NCBI GenBank assembly: GCA_965226025.1
Contig: CBDDCD010000001.1
Coordinates: 74,104 to 138,103, forward strand
Length of the DNA: 64,000 nt
Direction: 5' to 3'
Source: Candidatus Moanibacter sp.
Lineage (GTDB): Bacteria; Verrucomicrobiota; Verrucomicrobiia; Opitutales; UBA2987
Position numbers and translations under genes: made by a program. Each line of letters starts with the position of its first letter. The first letter of the stretch is position 1. Under the pieces are notes generated by a model. That model saw only the letters and a list, made by a program, of their open reading frames with translations, made no database searches and was not told where the DNA came from. This document shows positions 1-8,478 of the stretch, piece after piece.

Positions 1-2
1 GG

Positions 3-734
3 TTGGGCAGAGTGATGGTCCAGGGGAAGGGTCTGCTTTCGACGGAGGGCGTGGTGAGTGTGCCCATCGGGCCGGTTACCCAAGCCCCGGTACTGGCGTT
101 GACCTCTCATTTTTTCGAGTTTCGTGAAAGAGGAAACGGACGCATCCGATTGGCTGGTGAGCTGGGTTCGGGCCTCGATTACGAAGTGATTCTGACGACG
201 GGCGGTGGGCTCTACCGCTACGCAACGGGTGACGTGGTCAGGTCAGCCGGAGATTTTTCACTGCGTTTCCAGGGCAGGAGGGGGAGAAACTCCGATCTTG
301 TCGGAGAAAAGCTCGACGAGGTGCAGGTCATGGACGCGCTTGAAGGAATCAAGGGCGCCCGATTCCTCGCGGCCTATCACGGAGCGAACGGCTGTGGATA
401 CCGGCTTTATCTCGAAGAGAATGCTGATATTGGGCCTGCGCTCGATAGGGTGGAGCACCGTCTCATGCGAAACGGTTACTACCGTCAGGCATTGGCTTTG
501 GGGCAACTTCGGTGTCTCGAGGGAGAGATCCTGTCGGCGGAAGACGAGAGCGGTCTAGTCGAGAAACTGTCGATCCGCGAGAAAAGGAAGCTGGGCGATG
601 TGAAGGTGCCGCCGCTCTTTCGGACCGGTGAGATGGAGGAGCTTACAAGCAATGATGGCACCGCCGTTTGGGGGGATCAGGATTCTCGCCGCCAGGGCGT
701 TAAAACGCGGAAAAATGGACTTCGCAGTAATTAA
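3..734 (+). CDS. GH3 auxin-responsive-promoter family protein, C-terminal part (5' end outside window)
   Basis: The ORF is open from the window edge. Motifs 'GGGLYRYATGDVV' and 'GEKLDEVQV' are typical of the GH3 middle/C-terminal domain. Confidence 0.7.
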   Translation: MGRVMVQGKGLLSTEGVVSVPIGPVTQAPVLALTSHFFEFRERGNGRIRLAGELGSGLDYEVILTTGGGLYRYATGDVVRSAGDFSLRFQGRRGRNSDLVGEKLDEVQVMDALEGIKGARFLAAYHGANGCGYRLYLEENADIGPALDRVEHRLMRNGYYRQALALGQLRCLEGEILSAEDESGLVEKLSIREKRKLGDVKVPPLFRTGEMEELTSNDGTAVWGDQDSRRQGVKTRKNGLRSN

Positions 735-746
735 GCGCCCTGAAAA

Positions 747-1625
747 TCATTTCCGCCTGACATCCCAGATCAAGCCGGCCGCTTCTAACAAACAGATTAT
801 ATAATAAACAACATCTATCTCCCACCAAACACAGGAGGTATTAGCAGATGACGGACGATGATGGTGATTATTATGCCAGTTTTCGCCAAGTGCGATAGGG
901 AAAAGCCACCATACATTTCGACTTTCGTCACCATCTCTAAACCGTTGCGAACCACAATAATGTGAAACTGAATTAATTAGGCACGTCCCATGTAGAATTA
1001 ACAGTGTTGGTACAATGAATCCCCACGCGATGAGCTGTCCCCTCGATGTGTTCAGTTCAGGATAGGATTGGTCTAGCAAATATCCCAACAAAGCCAAAAA
1101 GCATATAAGTGTGACCGGTCCAATTGTATGAAATCGATTTAAAAAAACGATTTCTGGATATTGCTGGAAACGTTGTACGAATTTCCGGTCTGTTGGTAGA
1201 GCATTCTGTCTCCAAAGCCATCCAAGGTGAGCATATCCAATTGATTGCAGTTTAGGGGAATGTGGGTCCCCCGCTTTATCCGAGCTACAGTGGTGTTTCA
1301 TATGGCTTGTCGCCCACGAAAGGGGGCCCTTCTGCCCGGTAGTCGTTCCTAGAAAGGCAAGAATAAACTGAAAAACCCGAGAAATATTATAGCTTCGATG
1401 CGAGAAATAGCGATGGTAACCACCCGCAATGGCGAACATGCGAATAATAAAAGAGAGTAAGCACACAGACAGGCTCGTTAGACTGTAGCCGACATAAAAC
1501 AACAGGATGATGCTGGTGTGAAATAGAACGGTTCGAAAGATCGATACGATACTCCATGAGGAGAAAAATGGTGCTGTGGTAGTCACACTGTCGTTCATCT
1601 TTGGCAGGTTGGTATGCTTGGACAC
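747..1625 (-). CDS. acyl-CoA (delta-9-like) fatty acid desaturase, membrane-bound
   Basis: Three histidine boxes are present: 'HRYFSH', 'HMKHH' and 'HNNHHH'. There are hydrophobic N-terminal and middle segments. Confidence 0.88.
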   Translation of the reverse strand: MSKHTNLPKMNDSVTTTAPFFSSWSIVSIFRTVLFHTSIILLFYVGYSLTSLSVCLLSFIIRMFAIAGGYHRYFSHRSYNISRVFQFILAFLGTTTGQKGPLSWATSHMKHHCSSDKAGDPHSPKLQSIGYAHLGWLWRQNALPTDRKFVQRFQQYPEIVFLNRFHTIGPVTLICFLALLGYLLDQSYPELNTSRGQLIAWGFIVPTLLILHGTCLINSVSHYCGSQRFRDGDESRNVWWLFPIALGENWHNNHHHRPSSANTSCVWWEIDVVYYIICLLEAAGLIWDVRRK

Positions 1626-1689
1626 CGCATTTTAGCTCACTTTCAATGAGACAATCTCCGTGATTGTGGTTTCAGCGAAGGCTCCGGCG

Positions 1690-2331
1690 GAGGGAGTCCG
1701 GAGGACGACCGGAGCCGGAGCCTTGGTTCTTTGTTTTTCTTGTCAAATTGAGCCGGAGTTAGCAAGCCCTAGGAGCGATGAGTGCGAATGTTAATGTATC
1801 CTTCCCGCCAGTCTCCGATTACAACGCGGGATTCAGTGAGGGTCTAACGTAGCTCGCCGTCAAGGCATTCAGCCCGTAAGCGACTGTCGAAGCGTTCGGC
1901 ATATCCGTTCCGCCTGGGACAGCCAGGAACGATATAAATCGTGCCGATCTGGTGTTCGCGCAACAACCGTTGGAGATAGCTTTGGTGATAAACTCGGGGC
2001 CGTTGTCCGATCGAATGAACAGGGGTGCACCATGACGGGAAATCATCTGCTGCGACAGAGCCAGCACAATGGCTGCTTTGATTGCACGATCAGCATGAAG
2101 CACATGGCACTCCCGCCTGTATTCATCGATGATGCTGAGGACCCGCAGTTTGCCGCCTCGCTGAGTGTAGTCCGAAACGAAGTCCCATGCCAATACGTGA
2201 TTCTTGTGTTTGGCCTCTTGAGGCAAACCTGTAGACAGGCCGCGACGGCGCTTGCGTGGCTTCGTATAAACGTCGGGATAAAAACGGTCCGTGGGTCGGA
2301 GTTAAACCGGTACGCTTGGAATGAGGATTAG
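1690..2331 (-). pseudogene. IS3-family transposase OrfB (rve integrase core) remnant, N-truncated with several frameshifts
   Basis: ORF 1819..2226 contains 'FIRSDNGPEFI' and then becomes garbled. The adjacent frames continue with 'WREGYINIRTHRS'-like IS3 C-terminal sequence. Confidence 0.6.
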
Positions 2332-2407
2332 GAGTGTAATTGCCGGTGAGTCAGGGTTTCGGTCTTGCGAGGCTTGCGACCAGCGGGTTCGAATCCCGCC
2401 CTATCCG
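2325..2407 (+). other. pseudo-tRNA (type-II length): intact T-arm and 3' acceptor, degenerate interior, no CCA
   Basis: 2383-2407 'GCGGGTTCGAATCCCGCCCTATCCG' is a T-arm plus acceptor. 2325-2332 'GGATTAGG' would pair perfectly with 'CCTATCC' if one T were removed. No D arm or anticodon arm folds. Confidence 0.35.
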
Positions 2408-2417
2408 TAGTATTTAA

Positions 2418-3602
2418 GCCTGTCCTGCCAAAATAATCAGCCTAAAGGCAGAAGTCATTCGAATCAGGCAACTTGACGGAAGTAATACTTCAGCATGCCA
2501 CCCAACCTTTCTGTGCACGATATCTCCCCGTCCAGGCTCAGAGTTTCCGGTCTGATCAACCGGTTTCCGATTCCTCGATCGTTCCTCTCAGCGTTGTAAT
2601 GCTCGACATTCTCCTTGATCACCAGTTTCAAGTGCCTCTCTCCTAGCGGAATGATCCGATTCAAGCATTCATCCTTAATCGACCTCACAAACCGCTCCGC
2701 AAAAGCGTTACATTTCGGGGCTCGTACGGGACAAAGCACCGGATCGACGCCAAAGTCTCTCAAGAGCTGCTTGAAAGCATTTGTATACTTGGCATCTCGA
2801 TCCATGATCAAGTGGGTCTTACCCAGGCAGATGCCATCGAAGGCATCAGTCAGTCCACGTCCTACCTGTTTCATCCAGGTTCCATCGGGAGCGACCGTTG
2901 TTCCACAGATCAATACGTACCTTGTTGACAGTTCGATAACGAAGAGAGTGTAGAACCGAACCATACCTCTTAGACATAGAACTTCCGAAGTGAAGAAGTC
3001 GGCTGCCAGCAGTCCATCCCAATGTGCTTTCAGGAAAGTCTTCCAGGAACTCTTTCTCAACGGAGCTGGCTCAACTCCGTGTCGCTTCCTGATGTTATCG
3101 GCCGTCGTATCACTGATGTAAATACCGAGATTGGCCAGAGCGCCAACCACCCGATCCGCTCCCCCATAGTGGATTTTCGTGCAGCATCCTCACGACTAGC
3201 TCTTCGACCTCAGGATTCACCCGGGGCCTGCCTCGCTTTCTTTCCCCCTTGAAAGTCCATTTCACTGCCACCAACCTGCGGTACCATCTGAGTAGGGTGT
3301 CTGTCGTAACGATTGGTGTGATCCCACACAACACTCTGCGCCCGAGCTTCTTTGCTCTTCGTGCCAGTCGCATCCTCTGTGAATCGGTAAAGGTTCCAGG
3401 CTTGCCGCCAAGCTGCTCGATAAGGACCCGCCTTTCCTCCATCAGATATTCGATAGTCGTCTGCTGTTTCCGATTCATCCATCCTGCGACCATGCTCACC
3501 ATGAAGTGGAACTGTAGATTCATAGGTTGGGCCAGCTTTCATCCCAACTTCCACGTATTCAATGGCTTAATCTGCTCGGCTGATTATTTTGGCCCTACAG
3601 GC
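2418..3602 (-). mobile_element. 1.19-kb IS with 25-bp terminal inverted repeats (22/25 match) carrying an rve-type transposase
   Basis: 2418-2442 'GCCTGTCCTGCCAAAATAATCAGCC' matches the reverse complement of 3578-3602, 'GCCTGTAGGGCCAAAATAATCAGCC'. Confidence 0.7.
2464..3523 (-). pseudogene. DDE/rve integrase-core transposase split by a frameshift near 3110-3150
   Basis: ORF 3110..3523 (HTH-like N-terminus ending '...ENPLWGS') continues in another frame as ORF 2464..3150 ('VGALANLGIYIS...DRDAKY...NAFAERFVRSIKDE'). Confidence 0.65.
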
Positions 3603-3900
3603 TGTTAAACACCTATTCTGGATGACGGACGGTCAAGACAGGGCACGGCGCCTTCCGCACAACCCTTTCCGCGGTGCTACCTTCAAGGCGAATCTCCCAA
3701 GTTGGAGCGTCTCAGTTCGTAGCGAACACGCCCGTTGTCCATTGCCGCTCCTCCGATTGAGGTAACAATCATCGTGTCCTTAAAGGAACTTCATAGGTTT
3801 CCGCAGAATTCGCTGCGAGTATTGTAGAAGCTAACTGGATAATGGGGATGCTCTGGCGAAAAATCCCAAAAAATTAATTGACTCTAGTCTTTTTCAGAGC

Positions 3901-6073
3901 CTAGCCCAAACTGCGTACTGAAGGGCGGAAAGCACTGAACTTAGAGACGTTATTATTCGTAAGTCGTTGATGAGCAATGAATGTTTGTCCTGTATTGATC
4001 GTGTAGGGACTATAAGTTTCAGTAGTTCTTGACTCTCCCTATCTGCCCGCCCAGACTGGCGGGATATGTTTTTCCGTCTGAAGCATTCCAAGAGCGGCCA
4101 GGTCCTCCAACTGCTTGAATCTTACCGCAACAGCGAAGGTAAACCGCGACAGCGAGTGGTGGTCTCCCTGGGCGATGGGGCCATCAGTCGACCGGACTTT
4201 GGACCCATTGCCAAGGCGGTGCAAAAGCAGCTCTACGGGATCGAGGAACTTCTGGCCCCTGAGTATACGCGTCGACAGCAGAACTGGATTGAACTGATCC
4301 TGCGGCGGATTGATGGGGAGGGGCGGTGGCGAGGACTGCGCCAAAAGGCCGAGGCTTTTGCAGAGCAGCAGAACGCAATTGATGGGGTCTTGGCCGATAA
4401 AGTGGAGCATAGCGCCGCGGGAGTTTTATTGGGACCGATTCTGCTGGGGCTTAAGGGGTGGGAAAAGCTGAGGATGGATGAAGCCTTGCAGGAGGTGGGC
4501 TTGAACCGGGCGCAAAGGGATGCGGCTAAGGTATCGGTGATCAACCGGCTGGTGGATCCAGTGCCTGAGAACGCCTTGCCCCAGTGGGCCAGGCAGAGTG
4601 CCCTGGGAGATCTTCTGGGAGTGGCGGCGGTGAAGTCGGATCGGCATCGCTACTACCGGGTGAGCGATCGGTTGGTGGAGAACCGCGAAAGGATCGAAGA
4701 GCATATGCGCGAGCGCCAGGGGGAACTGTTCAGTTTGGATCGGACGGTACTACTGTATGATCTTACCAATACGCACTTCGAAGGGGTGGGTGCGAGCAAC
4801 GGCAAAGCGAAACGGGGAAAGAACAAACAGAAACGCCACGATTGTGTTCAGATTGTGGTGGGGATGGTGTTCGATACCGAAGGCTTTGAGTTGGGACATC
4901 GGATATTTGCGGGCAACCGCCATGACGCGACGACCCTGTTGGAGATGATCGCTGAATTGGAGAAAGCGGTGGGGGCCCAGGGCGAGCGTGAGAAGACCCT
5001 CATCATCATGGATGGAGGGATCGCGAGCCGGGAGAATGTGCAACTGTTGCGCGAGGAGGGATTCGGCTACCTGGTCAACCAGAGCCGCCGGGGGCGTAAG
5101 GCTTATCTTGCAGAGTTCCAGGAGGCTTCCGGTTTCGAAAAGGTAGAGGGGAGGGATTGGGACCGGGAAGTGAAGGTGAAGTGGATAAAAGAGCAGGTGG
5201 GAGAAGAAAATGAGAGTGAAGGGGACCAGGAGACAACGCAGGAGGAGTCGAGGCAAGCAGGCGAGGAGTATGTGCTGTTGTGTCAGAGCGTGCGCAGGCG
5301 GGCCAAGGAAGAGGCGATTTATTCAGGGGCCGAAGAGCGCTTTATGAAGGCGCTCGAGGGGCTTCAGAAAAGGGTCGATCAAGGCCATTTAAAGGAGCCC
5401 GCAAAAATCCATACCGCGATCGGGCGCTTACAGGGGCAACATTCCCGAGTGCAGCGCTTCTATTCTATTGAACTGGTCGAAGCCGCCAAGGGCTCTAAAG
5501 AGAAAAAGTGCGGCCTTTGCTGGACTCGAAGGGACCAGGCCTGTGATGAGAATGCTCAACTGTTGGGCTGCTCTGTGCTGCGCACCAATCGGCACAACTT
5601 CAGCGGGGCCCAGCTGTGGCGCCTCTACATGACTTTGACCCGGGCCGAAGACGGCTTCAAAGCGCTCAAGAGCGACTTGGGCCTCAGACCCAACCACCAC
5701 CAGATTGAACCGCGCGTTGAGGGCCACGTCTTTATCACCATTTTGGCCTACCAGCTTTTGCGCTTTATCGAATACACCTTGGAGCGGCACGGGGACACCC
5801 GCTGCTGGCAGACCATCAAGCGGGTCCTCCAAACCCATACCTATGCCACTGTCATATTGCCCACTCGACAGGGAGAAGTCTATCGTCTGCGCAAAGCGGG
5901 CATTCCCGAACAGAGCCACAAGCAGATTTACAATCTCTTCCAGATCCAATGGAAGAAATTGCCCGTTAAGAAGAGTATGAGCAAAATAAAAATCGAACCG
6001 ATTTTGTAGTGCCTTTCAAAAACGCGTGTTGATTATCAAGGACTTAACTTATAAAGTGCGAAACTAGGGCTAG
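3901..6073 (+). mobile_element. IS1634-family (IS4-related) insertion sequence
   Basis: The imperfect terminal IRs are 'CTAGCCCAAACTGCGTACT' (3901-) and the reverse complement of 6055-6073, 'CTAGCCCTAGTTTCGCACT'. They enclose a single transposase ORF. Confidence 0.65.
4066..6009 (+). CDS. IS1634-family DDE transposase (647 aa)
   Basis: The N-terminus 'KSGQVLQLLESYRNSEGKPRQRVVVSLG' and the overall length are typical of IS1634 transposases. Confidence 0.8.
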   Translation: MFFRLKHSKSGQVLQLLESYRNSEGKPRQRVVVSLGDGAISRPDFGPIAKAVQKQLYGIEELLAPEYTRRQQNWIELILRRIDGEGRWRGLRQKAEAFAEQQNAIDGVLADKVEHSAAGVLLGPILLGLKGWEKLRMDEALQEVGLNRAQRDAAKVSVINRLVDPVPENALPQWARQSALGDLLGVAAVKSDRHRYYRVSDRLVENRERIEEHMRERQGELFSLDRTVLLYDLTNTHFEGVGASNGKAKRGKNKQKRHDCVQIVVGMVFDTEGFELGHRIFAGNRHDATTLLEMIAELEKAVGAQGEREKTLIIMDGGIASRENVQLLREEGFGYLVNQSRRGRKAYLAEFQEASGFEKVEGRDWDREVKVKWIKEQVGEENESEGDQETTQEESRQAGEEYVLLCQSVRRRAKEEAIYSGAEERFMKALEGLQKRVDQGHLKEPAKIHTAIGRLQGQHSRVQRFYSIELVEAAKGSKEKKCGLCWTRRDQACDENAQLLGCSVLRTNRHNFSGAQLWRLYMTLTRAEDGFKALKSDLGLRPNHHQIEPRVEGHVFITILAYQLLRFIEYTLERHGDTRCWQTIKRVLQTHTYATVILPTRQGEVYRLRKAGIPEQSHKQIYNLFQIQWKKLPVKKSMSKIKIEPIL

Positions 6074-6088
6074 ATCGGTAACAGAAGA

Positions 6089-6098
6089 GGGGGGGGGG
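6089..6098. repeat. G10 homopolymer between the IS1634 end and the PEP-CTERM gene
   Basis: Counted directly: 'agaGGGGGGGGGGaaatc'. Confidence 0.9.
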
Positions 6099-6205
6099 AA
6101 ATCAAAGAGTATCATCGGTTCCTCCCATGTACTCGATTTAGAGAAGGAGGTCTACCAATCAAAAATCAACTGATTCGTAAATTCGCAATCGTTTCCATAG
6201 TCGCT

Positions 6206-6727
6206 TTGGGAACCGTCGCTTTAGGTGTAGGCAATTCTGAAGCTGCGCCCGTAATTTGGAACTTTACGTCTTCGGGCACGAGTCTTTCTGTCAGTGGGGT
6301 CGTCACAATAGAAAGCAGCGATTCCGGCTACGTTCCTGGCGGCACCGTTTCAAACACGTCTGGAATTCTGGATTTCACTTTTAGTGAGGACAATGAAGGG
6401 GACTATTTTGCCACACCCGCCGACAATTTTTTCCAGGACTTTGAGATTATTTTTGGTGGTTCAGTGCATCCGGATGATTTGTCATCAGTCACTTTTGAAG
6501 TGTCGGATGAAACCGCGCCGGTCGCAGCCGGATTGGTCGTCCTCATTTCCGGAACTAGCAATGGATCATTAAGCGTAGATGTTTTCGGAAGTGAGACTCA
6601 CACAAATGGCACCTTCTCGCTAGCCCCCGGTGTGGTCCCCGAACCTTCCACTTGCGTCCTAATTCTCACTGCTCTGGCCGCCGTGGGTTTCTATAGGTGG
6701 CGACAGAGGCAATATCTGCCCTTCTGA
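6206..6727 (+). CDS. PEP-CTERM sorting-domain secreted protein
   Basis: The C-terminus 'VPEPSTCVLILTALAAVGFYRWRQR' is a PEP motif, a TM segment and a basic tail. The signal-peptide-like sequence extends upstream in frame to ATC 6158, 7 nt after 'AAGGAGG', so the true start is probably non-canonical and upstream of 6206. Confidence 0.8.
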   Translation: MGTVALGVGNSEAAPVIWNFTSSGTSLSVSGVVTIESSDSGYVPGGTVSNTSGILDFTFSEDNEGDYFATPADNFFQDFEIIFGGSVHPDDLSSVTFEVSDETAPVAAGLVVLISGTSNGSLSVDVFGSETHTNGTFSLAPGVVPEPSTCVLILTALAAVGFYRWRQRQYLPF

Positions 6728-6846
6728 ACTCCCAAAATCGGATCGATCTAATTAGGTTAATTGATTCGCCGAACTGGTCACCATCTACGCGAACAGCTGT
6801 GATTTAGCAAGAGTTCCGTTCGGGGTAACTCGGTTTTGCCAAATTC

Positions 6847-8478
6847 TCATGTAGAGGATTTTCCTCTGGCATCCTCGAAACACCTGCGGAGAATGGTCGA
6901 GACTTGGCTGACATGAGGATCTCCGAGGAAATCGGCATGCGAGCCCGGGATGTCATAGACTTCAAGGCCGTTGGAAATGAACGGATCCCAGCCGTAAGAA
7001 GGATCGATAAACTCCATCCCGGCTTTGCGCATAGCAATCTGATCTATTGCGCGAAAGAGGACCGTTCGACCCTGGTAAGGCGCAAACTGGTAGCGCCGCT
7101 TTGCCTCCCCTCGGGTGATCGAGAGCGACGGGCACGAAGGCATCGGCGCTGTTGTTCTTAGTCGTTCGTCTTGATCTGTCACCTTTCGTCTCTGGCGTCG
7201 ATCCGCAATCCGGCGTTGGTAGTGCAGTACTCGCCGCCGAATTGCCTGAAAAATGTGCCGAAGGCCCGAATCGGTCATTCTTTTCATCAAGTGTATGCCC
7301 CTCCTGATATGGTGAATCTTCACTGCCGTGGCAAGGTAGGAGTCGAAGAGGACGAGAATAGCGACCTTTTCACCGCGACTCCTAAGCTGCTGCGCTATTT
7401 CGAAGGCGATCACGCCCGAGAATGAAAAACCGGCAAGATAGTACGGGCCATGTGGCTGAATCTCGAGGATCTGCTCTACGTAGCGCGAGGCGAGTACTTC
7501 AATCGGCGGAATCCCGGTGATCTTCACACCGGCGATGCTGTGATGCGGGAATTTCTGTTCCTGGGGCAGAACGATGGCATCGACTGGGATATCGGGCCCC
7601 AGCAATTCGGCCAGTCGCTGGTAATAAAAGACAAAGTAGATACAGATCAAGCTGGGACGTTCGCCGAGAGGCTGAAGGGTAACGATCGGCGATTCGGCTA
7701 CCTCGGTCTCATCGTTACGGAGGATCGCACCGAGCTGCGCGATCGTCGGATAGAGGAAGAGCGTAGTCGGATCGAGTTGCTCTCCGAATTTGCGTTCGAT
7801 TTCCGCAATCAGACGGATGCCCAACAGGGAGTGACCGCCAATTTCGAAGAAATTCTCATCGATACCGATACGCGATCGACCAAGCAGTTTCTCCCAGATA
7901 CCTGCCAGAGTCCTTTCCTCGGTGTTGCTCGGTTTGACGTAGACGCGGTCTTCTTTTTCGCTCTCTTTTTCCGGATCGGGAAGAGCCTTACGATCGATCT
8001 TTCCATTCGGGGTGAGAGGAAGTTCATCAAGGACGACAAAGATTGAGGGAATCATGTAGTCGGGAAGCTGAGTGGCGAGAAACCTGCGTAGATTCCCTCT
8101 TAACTGGGGTTGCCTGTTCGTGGGACAGACATAGGCCACAATGCGTAACTCCAATCCCGTCCGAGAAGAGGCGCTTCCCTTCACCTCAAACGGAAGAACG
8201 GCGCATTGTTGAACGGATCCATGGCTGGACAGCTGAGATTCAACCTCGTCGAGTTCGACCCGCATGCCGCGGACTTTTATCTGCCGATCTACCCGGCCGT
8301 ATATGGCGATGGTTCCATCCAGATCGTATCGTCCATAGTCTCCGGTAAGGTAAATGAGGTCATCGCTGTCCTCTGAACTTGGATTGTGTCTGAACTTTTC
8401 TTGCGTCAACACGGGATCTCGGAAGTAACCCTGACTTCGAAAAGGGGTACGGATGGCAATTTCACCCTTTTCGCCCAA
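6847..8478 (-). CDS. NRPS fragment: C-terminal part of A3 domain, T3 carrier domain, thioesterase
   Basis: Motifs 'YLTGDYGRY', 'GRVDRQIKVRGMRVELDEVE', 'FFEIGGHSLLG' and TE 'GFSFSG' are present. The ORF is the out-of-frame continuation of 8462..16501. Confidence 0.85.
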   Translation of the reverse strand: MGEKGEIAIRTPFRSQGYFRDPVLTQEKFRHNPSSEDSDDLIYLTGDYGRYDLDGTIAIYGRVDRQIKVRGMRVELDEVESQLSSHGSVQQCAVLPFEVKGSASSRTGLELRIVAYVCPTNRQPQLRGNLRRFLATQLPDYMIPSIFVVLDELPLTPNGKIDRKALPDPEKESEKEDRVYVKPSNTEERTLAGIWEKLLGRSRIGIDENFFEIGGHSLLGIRLIAEIERKFGEQLDPTTLFLYPTIAQLGAILRNDETEVAESPIVTLQPLGERPSLICIYFVFYYQRLAELLGPDIPVDAIVLPQEQKFPHHSIAGVKITGIPPIEVLASRYVEQILEIQPHGPYYLAGFSFSGVIAFEIAQQLRSRGEKVAILVLFDSYLATAVKIHHIRRGIHLMKRMTDSGLRHIFQAIRRRVLHYQRRIADRRQRRKVTDQDERLRTTAPMPSCPSLSITRGEAKRRYQFAPYQGRTVLFRAIDQIAMRKAGMEFIDPSYGWDPFISNGLEVYDIPGSHADFLGDPHVSQVSTILRRCFEDARGKSST

